Virus record (IMG/VR): IMGVR_UViG_3300025936_000018
Reading direction: 5' to 3' (one strand)
Source of the DNA: a virus
Taxonomy: Duplodnaviria > Heunggongvirae > Uroviricota > Caudoviricetes
Length of the DNA stretch: 64,000 bases
The position numbers and the translations under genes were made by a program. Position 1 is the first letter of the stretch; each line of letters begins with the position of its first letter. This document shows, piece by piece, positions 54,767 through 63,137 of the stretch. Below the pieces are notes generated by a model. That model was not told the origin of the DNA. It worked only from the letters and a program-made list of their open reading frames with translations, and made no database searches.

Positions 54767-55438
54767 ATGCTCTGCAAATGTGGCTGCGGTCAAGACGCCG
54801 GTACCTACCCGAGAACGCGCGGCAGCCAGAAGAAAGGCGACGAGCGGGAATGGATCCGGGGACACTGGGCGCGACGACAGCGAACGACCCTCGGGCCACC
54901 GAATCCATCTGGCATATGTCAGTGCGGCTGCGGCCAGTCGACACCTATCGCGAAGCAGACGAACGAGCGAGCGGGCCACGTTGCTGGTGAGCCGATGCGG
55001 TACATCCTCGGCCATTTCGGTAGCACGCTCACCCGGGATCGCTTGACGGAGGATCTGTGGGAAGAGCGCGATTGCGGCTACGAAACGCCCTGCTGGATCT
55101 GCCGACTCGCACCATCCGCTGCTCCCGGATACACGCGGGTGATGTTCGGGGGCCGGCTCCAGGGGACGCATCGAGTCATGTACGAGCAGGAGGTCGGACC
55201 GATCCCGGAGGGACTCGTCCTCGACCACCTCTGCCGCCAACCTCCGTGCATCAACCCGTCCCACCTGGAGCCGGTCACGAACGCCGAGAACCTTCACCGC
55301 GGCCGAATCGCGCAACTCGCCGGCGAACTGGTCGAGACGCACGTCGACCTGATCCGCTCGTCGCCGCTGTCCACGCCTCGGATCGCGTACCTCTACAGCG
55401 TCCCGATCGAGACGATCGAGAAGGTCAGAGCCGCCTAG
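54767..55438 (+). CDS. HNH homing endonuclease (HNH_3) with N-terminal duplicated C-x-CGCGQ...GH zinc motifs
   Basis: CKCGCGQ.../CQCGCGQ... then CWICRLAP...GYTRVMFGGRLQGTHRVMYE...GLVLDHLCRQPPCINPSHLEPVTNAENL. Plus-strand gene inserted between tape measure and chaperone genes. Confidence 0.8.
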   Translation: MLCKCGCGQDAGTYPRTRGSQKKGDEREWIRGHWARRQRTTLGPPNPSGICQCGCGQSTPIAKQTNERAGHVAGEPMRYILGHFGSTLTRDRLTEDLWEERDCGYETPCWICRLAPSAAPGYTRVMFGGRLQGTHRVMYEQEVGPIPEGLVLDHLCRQPPCINPSHLEPVTNAENLHRGRIAQLAGELVETHVDLIRSSPLSTPRIAYLYSVPIETIEKVRAA

Positions 55439-55457
55439 TGTCAGACCCGACATCGGG

Positions 55458-56062
55458 CTAGCCCTCCCCGCCGCCCATCATCGCGAGCAGGCCTGGATCG
55501 ACGCGACTCCGTCTCGAGCCACGGCGCAGCCAGCCTGCCGGCGGCTTGTTGAGCTCGAGCTCGAACTTCTGTGCATCCACGTCGCTCTTCCCTTCGAGTT
55601 GGATCACGTACGACACGTTCAGCGATTGCTTGAGGGTTAGGCCGTCGAAACCTCCCGCAAGCCCCGCGAGGAGGAGCCTGCCGTCGATCGTCCCGCGGTT
55701 CGCGCGCGCGAACGCTGCGAGTCGCTCTGCGACGTAGGAGGGCGGCCGGTGTGCTCTTCCACCATCCAGTCGAGAACTTCGCGGAGGTCGCGCACGCCGA
55801 GGACCTCCTCCTGTGCGCGCAGTGCGCGGTAGCGCTTCTCGGCATCTTCGCCCTCTTCGCCGTCCTCGATCATCGACAAGAACTGGCCGTCGATGACCGC
55901 GTACGTCGCAGCGATGTCGGCGTCGTCCGGGATGTCCTCCATCTCGTCGAACAACTCCGGGCGAACGGCCTTCTTCAGCACGAAGGTCTCGCCGCCCATG
56001 ACGAAGGTCCGGGCCTCAACTGACTTCCGGCCTTCCCACTCTTGATCGAAGTTCTTAGCCAT
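55458..56062 (-). CDS. tail assembly chaperone G-T fusion via programmed -1 frameshift (slip site not canonical)
   Basis: The -1 frame is open from at least 55900 to TAG 55458-55460. It encodes a protein-like extension SYVAERLAAFARANRGTIDGRLLLAGLAGGFDGLTLKQSLNVSYVIQLEGKSDVDAQKFELELNKPPAGW..., whereas the zero-frame tail is low-complexity. Confidence 0.5.
55637..56062 (-). CDS. tail assembly chaperone (G-like)
   Basis: 141-aa acidic protein directly upstream of tape measure; C-terminal 35 aa are Arg/Ser-rich (out-of-frame-like). Confidence 0.55.
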   Translation of the reverse strand: MAKNFDQEWEGRKSVEARTFVMGGETFVLKKAVRPELFDEMEDIPDDADIAATYAVIDGQFLSMIEDGEEGEDAEKRYRALRAQEEVLGVRDLREVLDWMVEEHTGRPPTSQSDSQRSRARTAGRSTAGSSSRGLREVSTA

Positions 56063-56081
56063 GCGTGTGTGCTCCTTTTCG

Positions 56082-56507
56082 CTAGGTGCTGCGCGCCGCG
56101 GAGAGTGCGGGGCGCAGGAACGGATACGCCGGGGTCGGCTTGGCCGAGACGAATCCGAAGTTGCCGGTGAACTTCCCTCCCGGCGTGAGGATCGGAAATA
56201 CGTGCGGGGTGTTGTTGTGGCCCATCTCGACGTACGGCGCGTAGTGCACGCTCGAGCCGATGTCGACGTAAGGGCTCTTCGAGTCGGCGCCCGGGCGCCA
56301 TGTGATCGAAGCGCGGAGCCGGCCGGTCCGAACCTTCGGGCCCGGGCGTCCGGTGGCGTTCCGCTTCGCCGCGGCCTCCACGCGGATAGCTCGCCGCGTG
56401 AGGTTCTTCATGACCGGCCCGCGAAGGAGCGCCTCGAGGTTCCTGGACTCGAAGCGGAACCGGTTCGCGAGCACCTGCGCGTCTACGCGGACTGTCGCGA
56501 TCATTCC
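56082..56507 (-). CDS. HK97 gp10-family tail-completion/neck protein
   Basis: TGRLRASI...YAPYVEMG signature; start MIATVRVDAQ. Confidence 0.45.
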   Translation of the reverse strand, partial: GMIATVRVDAQVLANRFRFESRNLEALLRGPVMKNLTRRAIRVEAAAKRNATGRPGPKVRTGRLRASITWRPGADSKSPYVDIGSSVHYAPYVEMGHNNTPHVFPILTPGGKFTGNFGFVSAKPTPAYPFLRPALSAARST

Positions 56508-57046
56508 GACGCTCCGCCGTAGCCGGGCAGCTGGAAGCGAACGGGGATCTCCCATCCGCCGACGCCGCCGCCGTTGTTGAGCGGCTGCGCCGGCTCGAGC
56601 GCGAACTCGCGCCGACCGGACGGCGTCTGGAAGAGGTTGCCCTCGCGGTGCTCCTTGACGAGATGGTTCCAGATCGCCCAGAGGTCGCCGTAGCAGGTCT
56701 CGGCGTCATTGCTCAGCGACTCCGGCGACGGCAGGATGACCGACTGGCCTTCCTGCTCGAGCGTCTGCACGCAGCGGGTCACGGTGATCGTCATCACCAC
56801 GAGATTGACCTGCCCAGCCGTGACGATTCGCTGCATCGGCTGGAGCGGCGGCTGGAGCGGATACGTGTCGGCTACCGACGGCCCGCCGGCGTGCACCGAG
56901 AGCTGCGGAGCGCAGTCGAACACCGGCGCGCTCTGAGAGATCAACTTCCGGTCGATCGGCCCCGCCGGCGCGTCCTCGAGCGCGGCCGCGGCGGCCGCGA
57001 GCAGCGTTTCGGCTGCGGCGTAGAGATCGCCAGCTGAGCCGGCCAT
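56501..57046 (-). CDS. structural hypothetical protein
   Basis: 181-aa ORF in the head-tail joining region. Confidence 0.4.
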   Translation of the reverse strand: MAGSAGDLYAAAETLLAAAAAALEDAPAGPIDRKLISQSAPVFDCAPQLSVHAGGPSVADTYPLQPPLQPMQRIVTAGQVNLVVMTITVTRCVQTLEQEGQSVILPSPESLSNDAETCYGDLWAIWNHLVKEHREGNLFQTPSGRREFALEPAQPLNNGGGVGGWEIPVRFQLPGYGGASE

Positions 57047-57402
57047 CTAGCAACCCTCCGACGCGCTGTGCGCCGTTCTGCCGTAGGTGAGAGCTCGAGC
57101 GGCTGGTCGACCGCGCGCTGGTCGCGCCGGCGTTCTCACGCCGCTACGCCGCGCCGTGGCTACCTTCGCGCGATGACGGCGTGCGCGCGGCGCGCGCGAG
57201 CTCGCGATACACCCGGCTCGCGGCAGCCGGCGGAGGCTCGAGCAGGCGAGGCGAAGACGGCTGAGCGCCGACTGGCAGCGGTGAGCGCGGAGCGCGTCGC
57301 GTCGGAGCGCGGCCGCGTTGATCGGTCCGGGCGACCTCATGAGCGCTCCGACGTAGCCAGCGGCTGCTTCACCTTCGAGCACGCACGAGATTCTAGGCCG
57401 GA

Positions 57403-58620
57403 CTACCCGTTGACGCCAACTCGCCGCGCGAACTGCTGCATGTCCGGGCTCCAGAGAGCGCTCTTGCGGCCTCCGCGCTGGCCGCGGCAGTACGCGGCAA
57501 GGAACGTGTCGAGTTGGACGAGACCGGTCGGCTTGGACGGGTCGAGGAAGTTCGCGAGCAGACCACGCTCGACCTCGATCCCCTGCCTAACCGCGCGCAC
57601 GACACCGGTCGGCAGCACGCATTCCTGGCCGCCGCAGGCGAGGAAGAACTGGTTCGCGAGCTCGACGGCCGCGTCTCGGCCGAGCTGCGGGACATCCGTT
57701 CCCCAGCGGTACGTGACGGAGAAGGTGCCCGGCTGGTCGTCGTCGAGGCTCATGTTCTGACACGACGGCCAGAACCGCGGCGTGGCCGCTCCGCCGTCGA
57801 CGCCCGGCGCGTCCATTCGGATGAGGTAGCGCCACTTGTCGAGCCGCCAGTTGCGAGCTCCGGTCTCGGGATCGAACTCCGGGAGCTCTTCGCCGCCGAT
57901 CAGGACCTCGAGGATCTGGCTGACCGGGTAGCCGGCGAGCCGCACGCGCGACATGGGCGAGCAGCCGAACTTGTCGCCGCGCTCGTTGTACCAACCCCAT
58001 GCGCCGCCGAAGCCCCACGGGACGGTCGTCCAGAACCACGGCCCCATGCCGAAGCTGATCGGCCCGTTCGTCCAGCAGCCGCAGTCGCTTCGGCACGGCC
58101 GGACCTTCCGTTCGCACAGGCCGGGGAATTGGCGCTGGCTGATCTCGTAGAGCGCGAGGCTCGCGGTGTACGCGACCTTGTCGAAGACGTAGGCGGAGTC
58201 GTCGCCGTAGTCGATGCGCGTGCACGCCGCGACGTCCTGTCCGCTGATCCACTGCGAGCACGGGCCCATGACGGGCGCCGGCGGCGGGTCGGCCGGCTCG
58301 ATCGACGACTCGATGACCGGGAAGAAGTCCTCGAAGTGCGCTGCGTAGGTCGGGTCGTCTCCGCCGAGGCCGTCAGCCGCCCAGCGGTAGTAGCCGACCG
58401 GGAGCTCCGGGTCGAGCGCGCAGAGGTAGACGCCGACGTCGGGGTTCGTGACGTTGCTGTCGGTGCCGAACGTGTATGTCGTCTCGGTGTCGTCCGGCGC
58501 GACGATGGTAAAGACGACCGAGCCCGGGTCGTAGAGCGTCGCTTCATCCGTGAGCGGGTCGACGCGCCGGAAGAACTGGCGAATCGCGTTGGCGTTACCG
58601 CGAAGGAATGGGCGTGCCAT
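57403..58620 (-). CDS. structural hypothetical protein (Trp/Gly/Cys-rich)
   Basis: Start MARPFLRGN with SD AGGAGG 5 nt upstream. Confidence 0.45.
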   Translation of the reverse strand: MARPFLRGNANAIRQFFRRVDPLTDEATLYDPGSVVFTIVAPDDTETTYTFGTDSNVTNPDVGVYLCALDPELPVGYYRWAADGLGGDDPTYAAHFEDFFPVIESSIEPADPPPAPVMGPCSQWISGQDVAACTRIDYGDDSAYVFDKVAYTASLALYEISQRQFPGLCERKVRPCRSDCGCWTNGPISFGMGPWFWTTVPWGFGGAWGWYNERGDKFGCSPMSRVRLAGYPVSQILEVLIGGEELPEFDPETGARNWRLDKWRYLIRMDAPGVDGGAATPRFWPSCQNMSLDDDQPGTFSVTYRWGTDVPQLGRDAAVELANQFFLACGGQECVLPTGVVRAVRQGIEVERGLLANFLDPSKPTGLVQLDTFLAAYCRGQRGGRKSALWSPDMQQFARRVGVNG

Positions 58621-58642
58621 CTGACCTCCTAGGTTAGTCCGG

Positions 58643-60223
58643 TCATGGCTGGATAGACCCGTCCGTAGATGCCGTGCCAACGACGTCGCCATCCGAGACT
58701 CCGGTCGGAGCGATCGACCCGTCCGCAGCGACGATCGCGACGATCATCCCGTCCGTGACGCCGATCATGACCGCAGCGGGTCCGAGCGTCTCGAACGGCA
58801 ACACGACGAACGCCGAGATGAACTCCGTGCCCTCAAGCGTTTCGTAGGGGAGATCGGCGACATGCGCGAGCCCGACGAGCGTCTCGAACGGAATGACGGC
58901 CGTCTGCGAGACGTTCCCGGCCGAAGCGAGCGTCTCGTACGGAATGCCGGCGGCGGCCGCGAGACCCTCGAGCGTCTCGTACGGATTGGCCTCGAGCGCG
59001 CTGACGAGCTCCGCCAGCGTCTCGTATGGCAGCTGGTTCGTGAAGGCCACGCCGGCGAGCGTCTCGTAGTCGAGCGTGGCGTCGGCTGAGATCCCGGTGA
59101 GCGTCGAGTACGGCAGTGCGCTCGAGGTTGCGACCGCGCGCAACGCGGAGTATGGAAGCTGCCGAGCCTCCGCAATGGCGGCGAGCGTCTCGTACGGGTC
59201 GCCGGCCGTGGCCGCGACTCCGACGAGCGCCTCGAATGGGAGGGATCCCGTCAATGCGAGAGCGACGAGCGTTTCGTACGGAATGAGCGCCGTCGAACGG
59301 AGCGCGGCGAGCGCCTCGTACGGCAGCGCGCCCGACTTCGCGATGCCAGCGATCGTCTCGTACGGAAGCTGAGCGGTCGCGGCGAGCGCACGGAGTGTCT
59401 CGTACGGCAACTGGCCGGACGCCGCGAGAGCTCGCAGCGCCTCGTACGGCAGAGCTCCGGACTTCGCTAGCCCGGTGAGCGTCTCGTACGGATCGCCGAG
59501 CGACTTCGCGATCCCCTGCATGCTCTCGTACGGGAGAACAGCGGTGTTGGTGATCGCGACGAGTGGTCGAAACGAAGCGATGGTTAGTGCGACGAGGGTG
59601 TTGTTCGGATCGCCGCGATGCGTGAACGTACGCGTGTCGGAATCGGCCACCGAGTTGCCCGTCGTCACGCCATACGCGAAGGCATAGTGGTCGCGGGTCG
59701 AGGTTCCGTTGTTGTTGACGGCGTTCGCGGTCGCTCCGTTGTTGTACGTGTCCGTCCCGGTCGTGTTCGCAGCGGTGAGGTACTGGATGACGCACGCTGT
59801 AACGATGAGGGAACCCGCTACAGCGTCGGCCGCGGCGGCGGTTGCGACGCAGCCGCCGGAGGTCGTGTCGTCTGCGATGCCGTCGCCGACCTGATCCAGA
59901 GGGGAGACGTAGGCGGCACCCGCGAACTCCGAGAGTTGCGCCGTGAAGATGGTGCCAGCCTTCGCGGTAATGGTCGGGGCCGCGTCTGCGCCAGCGGCGA
60001 CCTTGTAGAAGAGCGTCGACGAGCATGAGCCGTTCTGTCTCTGACGGGCGACGCTCCATCCGGACGGCGTGTCGGGCAGCGTCGTAGTGCGCGTCCCAAC
60101 CACCTTCAGGATCAGGAGGTTGTTCGCAGTGCGGGACTCGCCGGTCCCCCACGCGGGCGTGACGCTCGCTCCTGCTGTGCCTTGAGAGACGGCACCTTCC
60201 GATCCGACTAGCGTGATTGCCAC
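58643..60223 (-). CDS. structural (fibre-like) protein with about 18 tandem 14-aa LPYETLxxLAxxxx repeats
   Basis: Repeats PYETLTGLAKSGAL/PYEALRALAASGQL/PYETLRALAATAQL...; 42-bp DNA periodicity with conserved core gagcgtctcgtacgg. Confidence 0.6.
   Translation of the reverse strand: MAITLVGSEGAVSQGTAGASVTPAWGTGESRTANNLLILKVVGTRTTTLPDTPSGWSVARQRQNGSCSSTLFYKVAAGADAAPTITAKAGTIFTAQLSEFAGAAYVSPLDQVGDGIADDTTSGGCVATAAAADAVAGSLIVTACVIQYLTAANTTGTDTYNNGATANAVNNNGTSTRDHYAFAYGVTTGNSVADSDTRTFTHRGDPNNTLVALTIASFRPLVAITNTAVLPYESMQGIAKSLGDPYETLTGLAKSGALPYEALRALAASGQLPYETLRALAATAQLPYETIAGIAKSGALPYEALAALRSTALIPYETLVALALTGSLPFEALVGVAATAGDPYETLAAIAEARQLPYSALRAVATSSALPYSTLTGISADATLDYETLAGVAFTNQLPYETLAELVSALEANPYETLEGLAAAAGIPYETLASAGNVSQTAVIPFETLVGLAHVADLPYETLEGTEFISAFVVLPFETLGPAAVMIGVTDGMIVAIVAADGSIAPTGVSDGDVVGTASTDGSIQP
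58840..59560 (-). repeat. 42-bp in-frame tandem repeat array (about 18 units)
   Basis: Recurrent gagcgtctcgtacgg every 42 nt on the plus strand; encodes the 14-aa repeats. Confidence 0.7.
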
Positions 60224-60225
60224 AG

Positions 60226-60996
60226 CTAGCGCCTACGTTCTTGACCAGCACGGATCTGTGCGATACGCAACGCCCGAATCTCCGGGTCGGCCCACTCGCG
60301 GCGTCTCGTCTCAGCGATAGATGCGCGACCTTCCGCGCTCTTCTGACAGCGACCCTCGGCGTTTGCGATCCGTAGCGACTCGCTGATCTTCGCTCGCGAC
60401 TCCGGGGTGTGGCGGAACGTCTTGCGCTTCTCGCGAAGGACGCCCTTTGTTTCGTCTCCGTGCGACCGTCCGTAGAACGAGTTCCCTTCGCCGCGCATCC
60501 GCTCCGAATGCTCCCGCGCCGCCCTGACTTGAGCCTCTGAGCGCGGCTCACCGCGTCTAGCGATGTGCGCTGCGCTGATAGCGCGACCAGCGCGTGCGCG
60601 GACCTCTGGATCGCGCGCCGCTTCGACCCCTCGCCTGCGTCCCTCTTCTTGCTTCCGCCTACCCTCATCGGTAAGGCCACGAAATCCGTCTCCGCCCTCG
60701 GTCATGTTGCAGAGCCGAGCGCCATCGCCCCGTAGCTGCGCGATCCAGCGCTGCTCAGCATCGTCGAGATCAGTCGTCTCTTCGAGGACGATGAGGAGAG
60801 GCTTCTCCTGAAGAGATCGCAGCCACGCTCGCAACCTCCGCTGGCTACCAGCACCGCGACGGAGAGGCTTCTGTGCGACGGCGAGATGCTCTCCCAAGCG
60901 AGTACGGGGAGATCGCGTCGTCTGCCCGACGTAGCGAATCTCCTCCGTTTTCGGATCAGCGAGCGCGTAGATCGTTCCACCTTTCATCAGCGACAT
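60226..60996 (-). CDS. GIY-YIG homing endonuclease with NUMOD3-like repeats
   Basis: GTIYALADPKTEEIRYVGQTTRSPRTRLGEH (GIY...YIG...R...E); C-terminal SESRAKISESL / NSFYGRSH repeats. Confidence 0.8.
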   Translation of the reverse strand: MSLMKGGTIYALADPKTEEIRYVGQTTRSPRTRLGEHLAVAQKPLRRGAGSQRRLRAWLRSLQEKPLLIVLEETTDLDDAEQRWIAQLRGDGARLCNMTEGGDGFRGLTDEGRRKQEEGRRRGVEAARDPEVRARAGRAISAAHIARRGEPRSEAQVRAAREHSERMRGEGNSFYGRSHGDETKGVLREKRKTFRHTPESRAKISESLRIANAEGRCQKSAEGRASIAETRRREWADPEIRALRIAQIRAGQERRR

Positions 60997-61025
60997 TTTC
61001 GCCGCAGGAGCGGACGATCTAGCCG

Positions 61026-61895
61026 CTAGGTCGTGTTCCCATCCACTTCGAGCGTCACGGTGCTCTTGAGCGCGGCGTTCGCGGCGGCGAGGGTGAGGTC
61101 CATCCAGATCCCCTGCGCCGAGCCCGACGAGAGCGACCCCGAGTTCGCGACGTTCTTCGTCGACGTGTTGAACGTGATTCCGGCCGGCGCGGTCGTCCTG
61201 TTCGTCGTTGTCGCCGTGTCGTCCAGCGTCGACGGAAGCCCGAACGTGAACACCGACTGGGGATCCGAGTTGATCAGGACCGTCGCCGACGTGAGCGCGA
61301 GCGACCCGTTCGTGTTCTTCACGAAGATTTTCTCGTACCAGTTCGTGATCGAGCCGGTCGCCGACGCGAGCTGCTGGAACATCGCCTGGAAGCCGCGCTC
61401 ACCGATCGGGATCACCCGGATCGTGGTCGGCCCGGTCGTCCGCGCGACCGTGACGGTTCCGGCACACGTCGCGGAGAGCTCGGCCTTGAGCAGACGCTCG
61501 TACGTGTTCGACGACGTGACGACCGTCGTGCCGTTGAGGTTGAGCGTCTCGGACGCGAGCGAACCGTCGGCCTTGCGGCCCGTGATCGAGAGGGTCTGCG
61601 TCGTGTCGCCGGCGGCAGATGAGACGACGCGGACGGTGTCGTTCGCGCTCATCTGCGTGAAGTCGGGGCGCCGCAGCGTGTCGATCGCGCCGCCGGTCGT
61701 CGTGGTCGAGTCGGTCGTCATGGCGGCCGAGTTGTAGAACACGAGGTCCGACGCGACGATGGAACCGCCCTTGATGACCGGGATGAGGTAGCCGTCCTCG
61801 ATCCGGACAGCGCCGCGGTTGACGGCGGCGCGGAGCTCCATCCGCGACAACGAGCGGAGCGGTGGAAGGATTCTCAGACCGTCGAGCTCCATTAC
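61026..61895 (-). CDS. Thr/Ser-rich structural protein (possible major tail protein)
   Basis: 289 aa; Ig-like T/S/N-rich composition; start MELDGLRIL with ATGA overlap. Confidence 0.35.
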   Translation of the reverse strand, partial: VMELDGLRILPPLRSLSRMELRAAVNRGAVRIEDGYLIPVIKGGSIVASDLVFYNSAAMTTDSTTTTGGAIDTLRRPDFTQMSANDTVRVVSSAAGDTTQTLSITGRKADGSLASETLNLNGTTVVTSSNTYERLLKAELSATCAGTVTVARTTGPTTIRVIPIGERGFQAMFQQLASATGSITNWYEKIFVKNTNGSLALTSATVLINSDPQSVFTFGLPSTLDDTATTTNRTTAPAGITFNTSTKNVANSGSLSSGSAQGIWMDLTLAAANAALKSTVTLEVDGNTT

Positions 61896-62410
61896 TCCTC
61901 TCCCTCCTCGATGACGATGGTCGGCTCGCCGCGCTCGCGCGCCTCCCGGTCGAGCGCAGCCTGCATCTCGTGGCCTTCCTGCCATGGGCCCGACCAGTGG
62001 CCCGGCTCGGCGAGGCGCTGCCCGATGACCTCGCCGTCGTCGTCCGTGACGTCCTCGTAGACCGGCTCGATCCACTCGCCTTGCGCCTCGGCGTACGCGG
62101 CTTCGCCGTCCTCCTGCGACTGGACGCCGTGCTCCTCGAGCGCGTCGGTGTCGACGCCCTGGACGATCTCGATGACGCCGGCCGCGTGCGCGTGCGCGGC
62201 CGCGCGGATCAGATCCTCCGACGGGTCCTCGACGACGCAGAGGTCGGAGTACGTGGTGCCGTCGAACATCCACGCCCCCGCATGGGAGTGCGTCTTGAAG
62301 ACGAGCGCGCCTTCCGGGTACGTCTCCTCGGCCTGCTCAGCCTGCTCAGCCTGCTCAGGCTGCTCGCCCTGCTCTTCCTCGAGCGGAGCGTCCGTGCCCT
62401 CGTCTGGCTC
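61892..62410 (-). CDS. acidic head/neck protein with EQAEQAEQAE microrepeat
   Basis: Start MEPDEGTD; 9-nt repeat at 62331-62366. Confidence 0.4.
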   Translation of the reverse strand, partial: EPDEGTDAPLEEEQGEQPEQAEQAEQAEETYPEGALVFKTHSHAGAWMFDGTTYSDLCVVEDPSEDLIRAAAHAHAAGVIEIVQGVDTDALEEHGVQSQEDGEAAYAEAQGEWIEPVYEDVTDDDGEVIGQRLAEPGHWSGPWQEGHEMQAALDREARERGEPTIVIEEGEE

Positions 62411-62433
62411 CATGCGGTGGTCCCTCCCCTCGA

Positions 62434-63081
62434 TTACGTGATCGGCTGCGAGCCCCAGCCGCAGAGCGCCGTCGGGAGCTCCGTGTCGAAGAACCACTGC
62501 CCGTTCTTCCCGACCGCGGCGGTGAGGTCGTCGTAGATGCCCTCGCCCCAGTTGTCGTTCGCGACCGAGAAGCCGGTGAACTTCGGCTGGTCGAAGTCGT
62601 TCTGGAGCGTCTCCGGGCCGCGCTGCCAGCGCGACGCCGGGAACACCCAGCGGCGGTACGGATACGGCGCGGACGGCTGGTGGTCGCAGTCCCAGAGGTC
62701 CTGCCATGCCTCGAACGCGACGTACGGCTGCTGCGAGCCGCACGGCACCTGGAACTGCACGCCGATCGGCTCGCCGTCGTCGTCGACGATCGCGGAGCCG
62801 CCGGTGAGGAGCTCCTCGAGCGCCGGCAGGGTCTTGCCCATGTCGAGCTCGAGGTTGAACCGCTTCAGGATGTCCTGGCCGCGGTACGTGGCGACGAGCT
62901 GGTCGCAGCCACCCTTCAGGTCCTTGACCTCGCCGGCGAGAATGTCCGGCGTGATCGTGAGCATCATCGGCGTGTCGTCGCAGACGTAGTTGTTCGGGCC
63001 CGCGACGGGGTTGCCGAGAGAGTCGAGTCGGGTTGCGCGGATGAAGCAGAGATGGATTGCGCTCGCGCAGACAGCGGTCAT
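62434..63081 (-). CDS. structural hypothetical protein
   Basis: 215 aa; SD AAGGAG 9 nt upstream. Confidence 0.4.
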   Translation of the reverse strand: MTAVCASAIHLCFIRATRLDSLGNPVAGPNNYVCDDTPMMLTITPDILAGEVKDLKGGCDQLVATYRGQDILKRFNLELDMGKTLPALEELLTGGSAIVDDDGEPIGVQFQVPCGSQQPYVAFEAWQDLWDCDHQPSAPYPYRRWVFPASRWQRGPETLQNDFDQPKFTGFSVANDNWGEGIYDDLTAAVGKNGQWFFDTELPTALCGWGSQPIT

Positions 63082-63137
63082 GTCCTAGCTCCTTTCGTTA
63101 CGGCAGACGAACCGCTGCCGATCCGGGTTCGGGGCGG

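Noticed and set aside
57068-57760. 230-aa plus-strand ORF
   Set aside because: Antisense to the 57403-58620 structural gene; Arg/Ser-rich; no start context.
58840-59560. CRISPR-like periodic array (conserved about 15-nt core every 42 nt with variable sequence between)
   Set aside because: The periodicity is in-frame within a long minus-strand ORF and translates to 14-aa protein repeats. The variable parts are constrained to Ala/Leu/Gly codons. No cas genes or leader. It is a coding tandem repeat.
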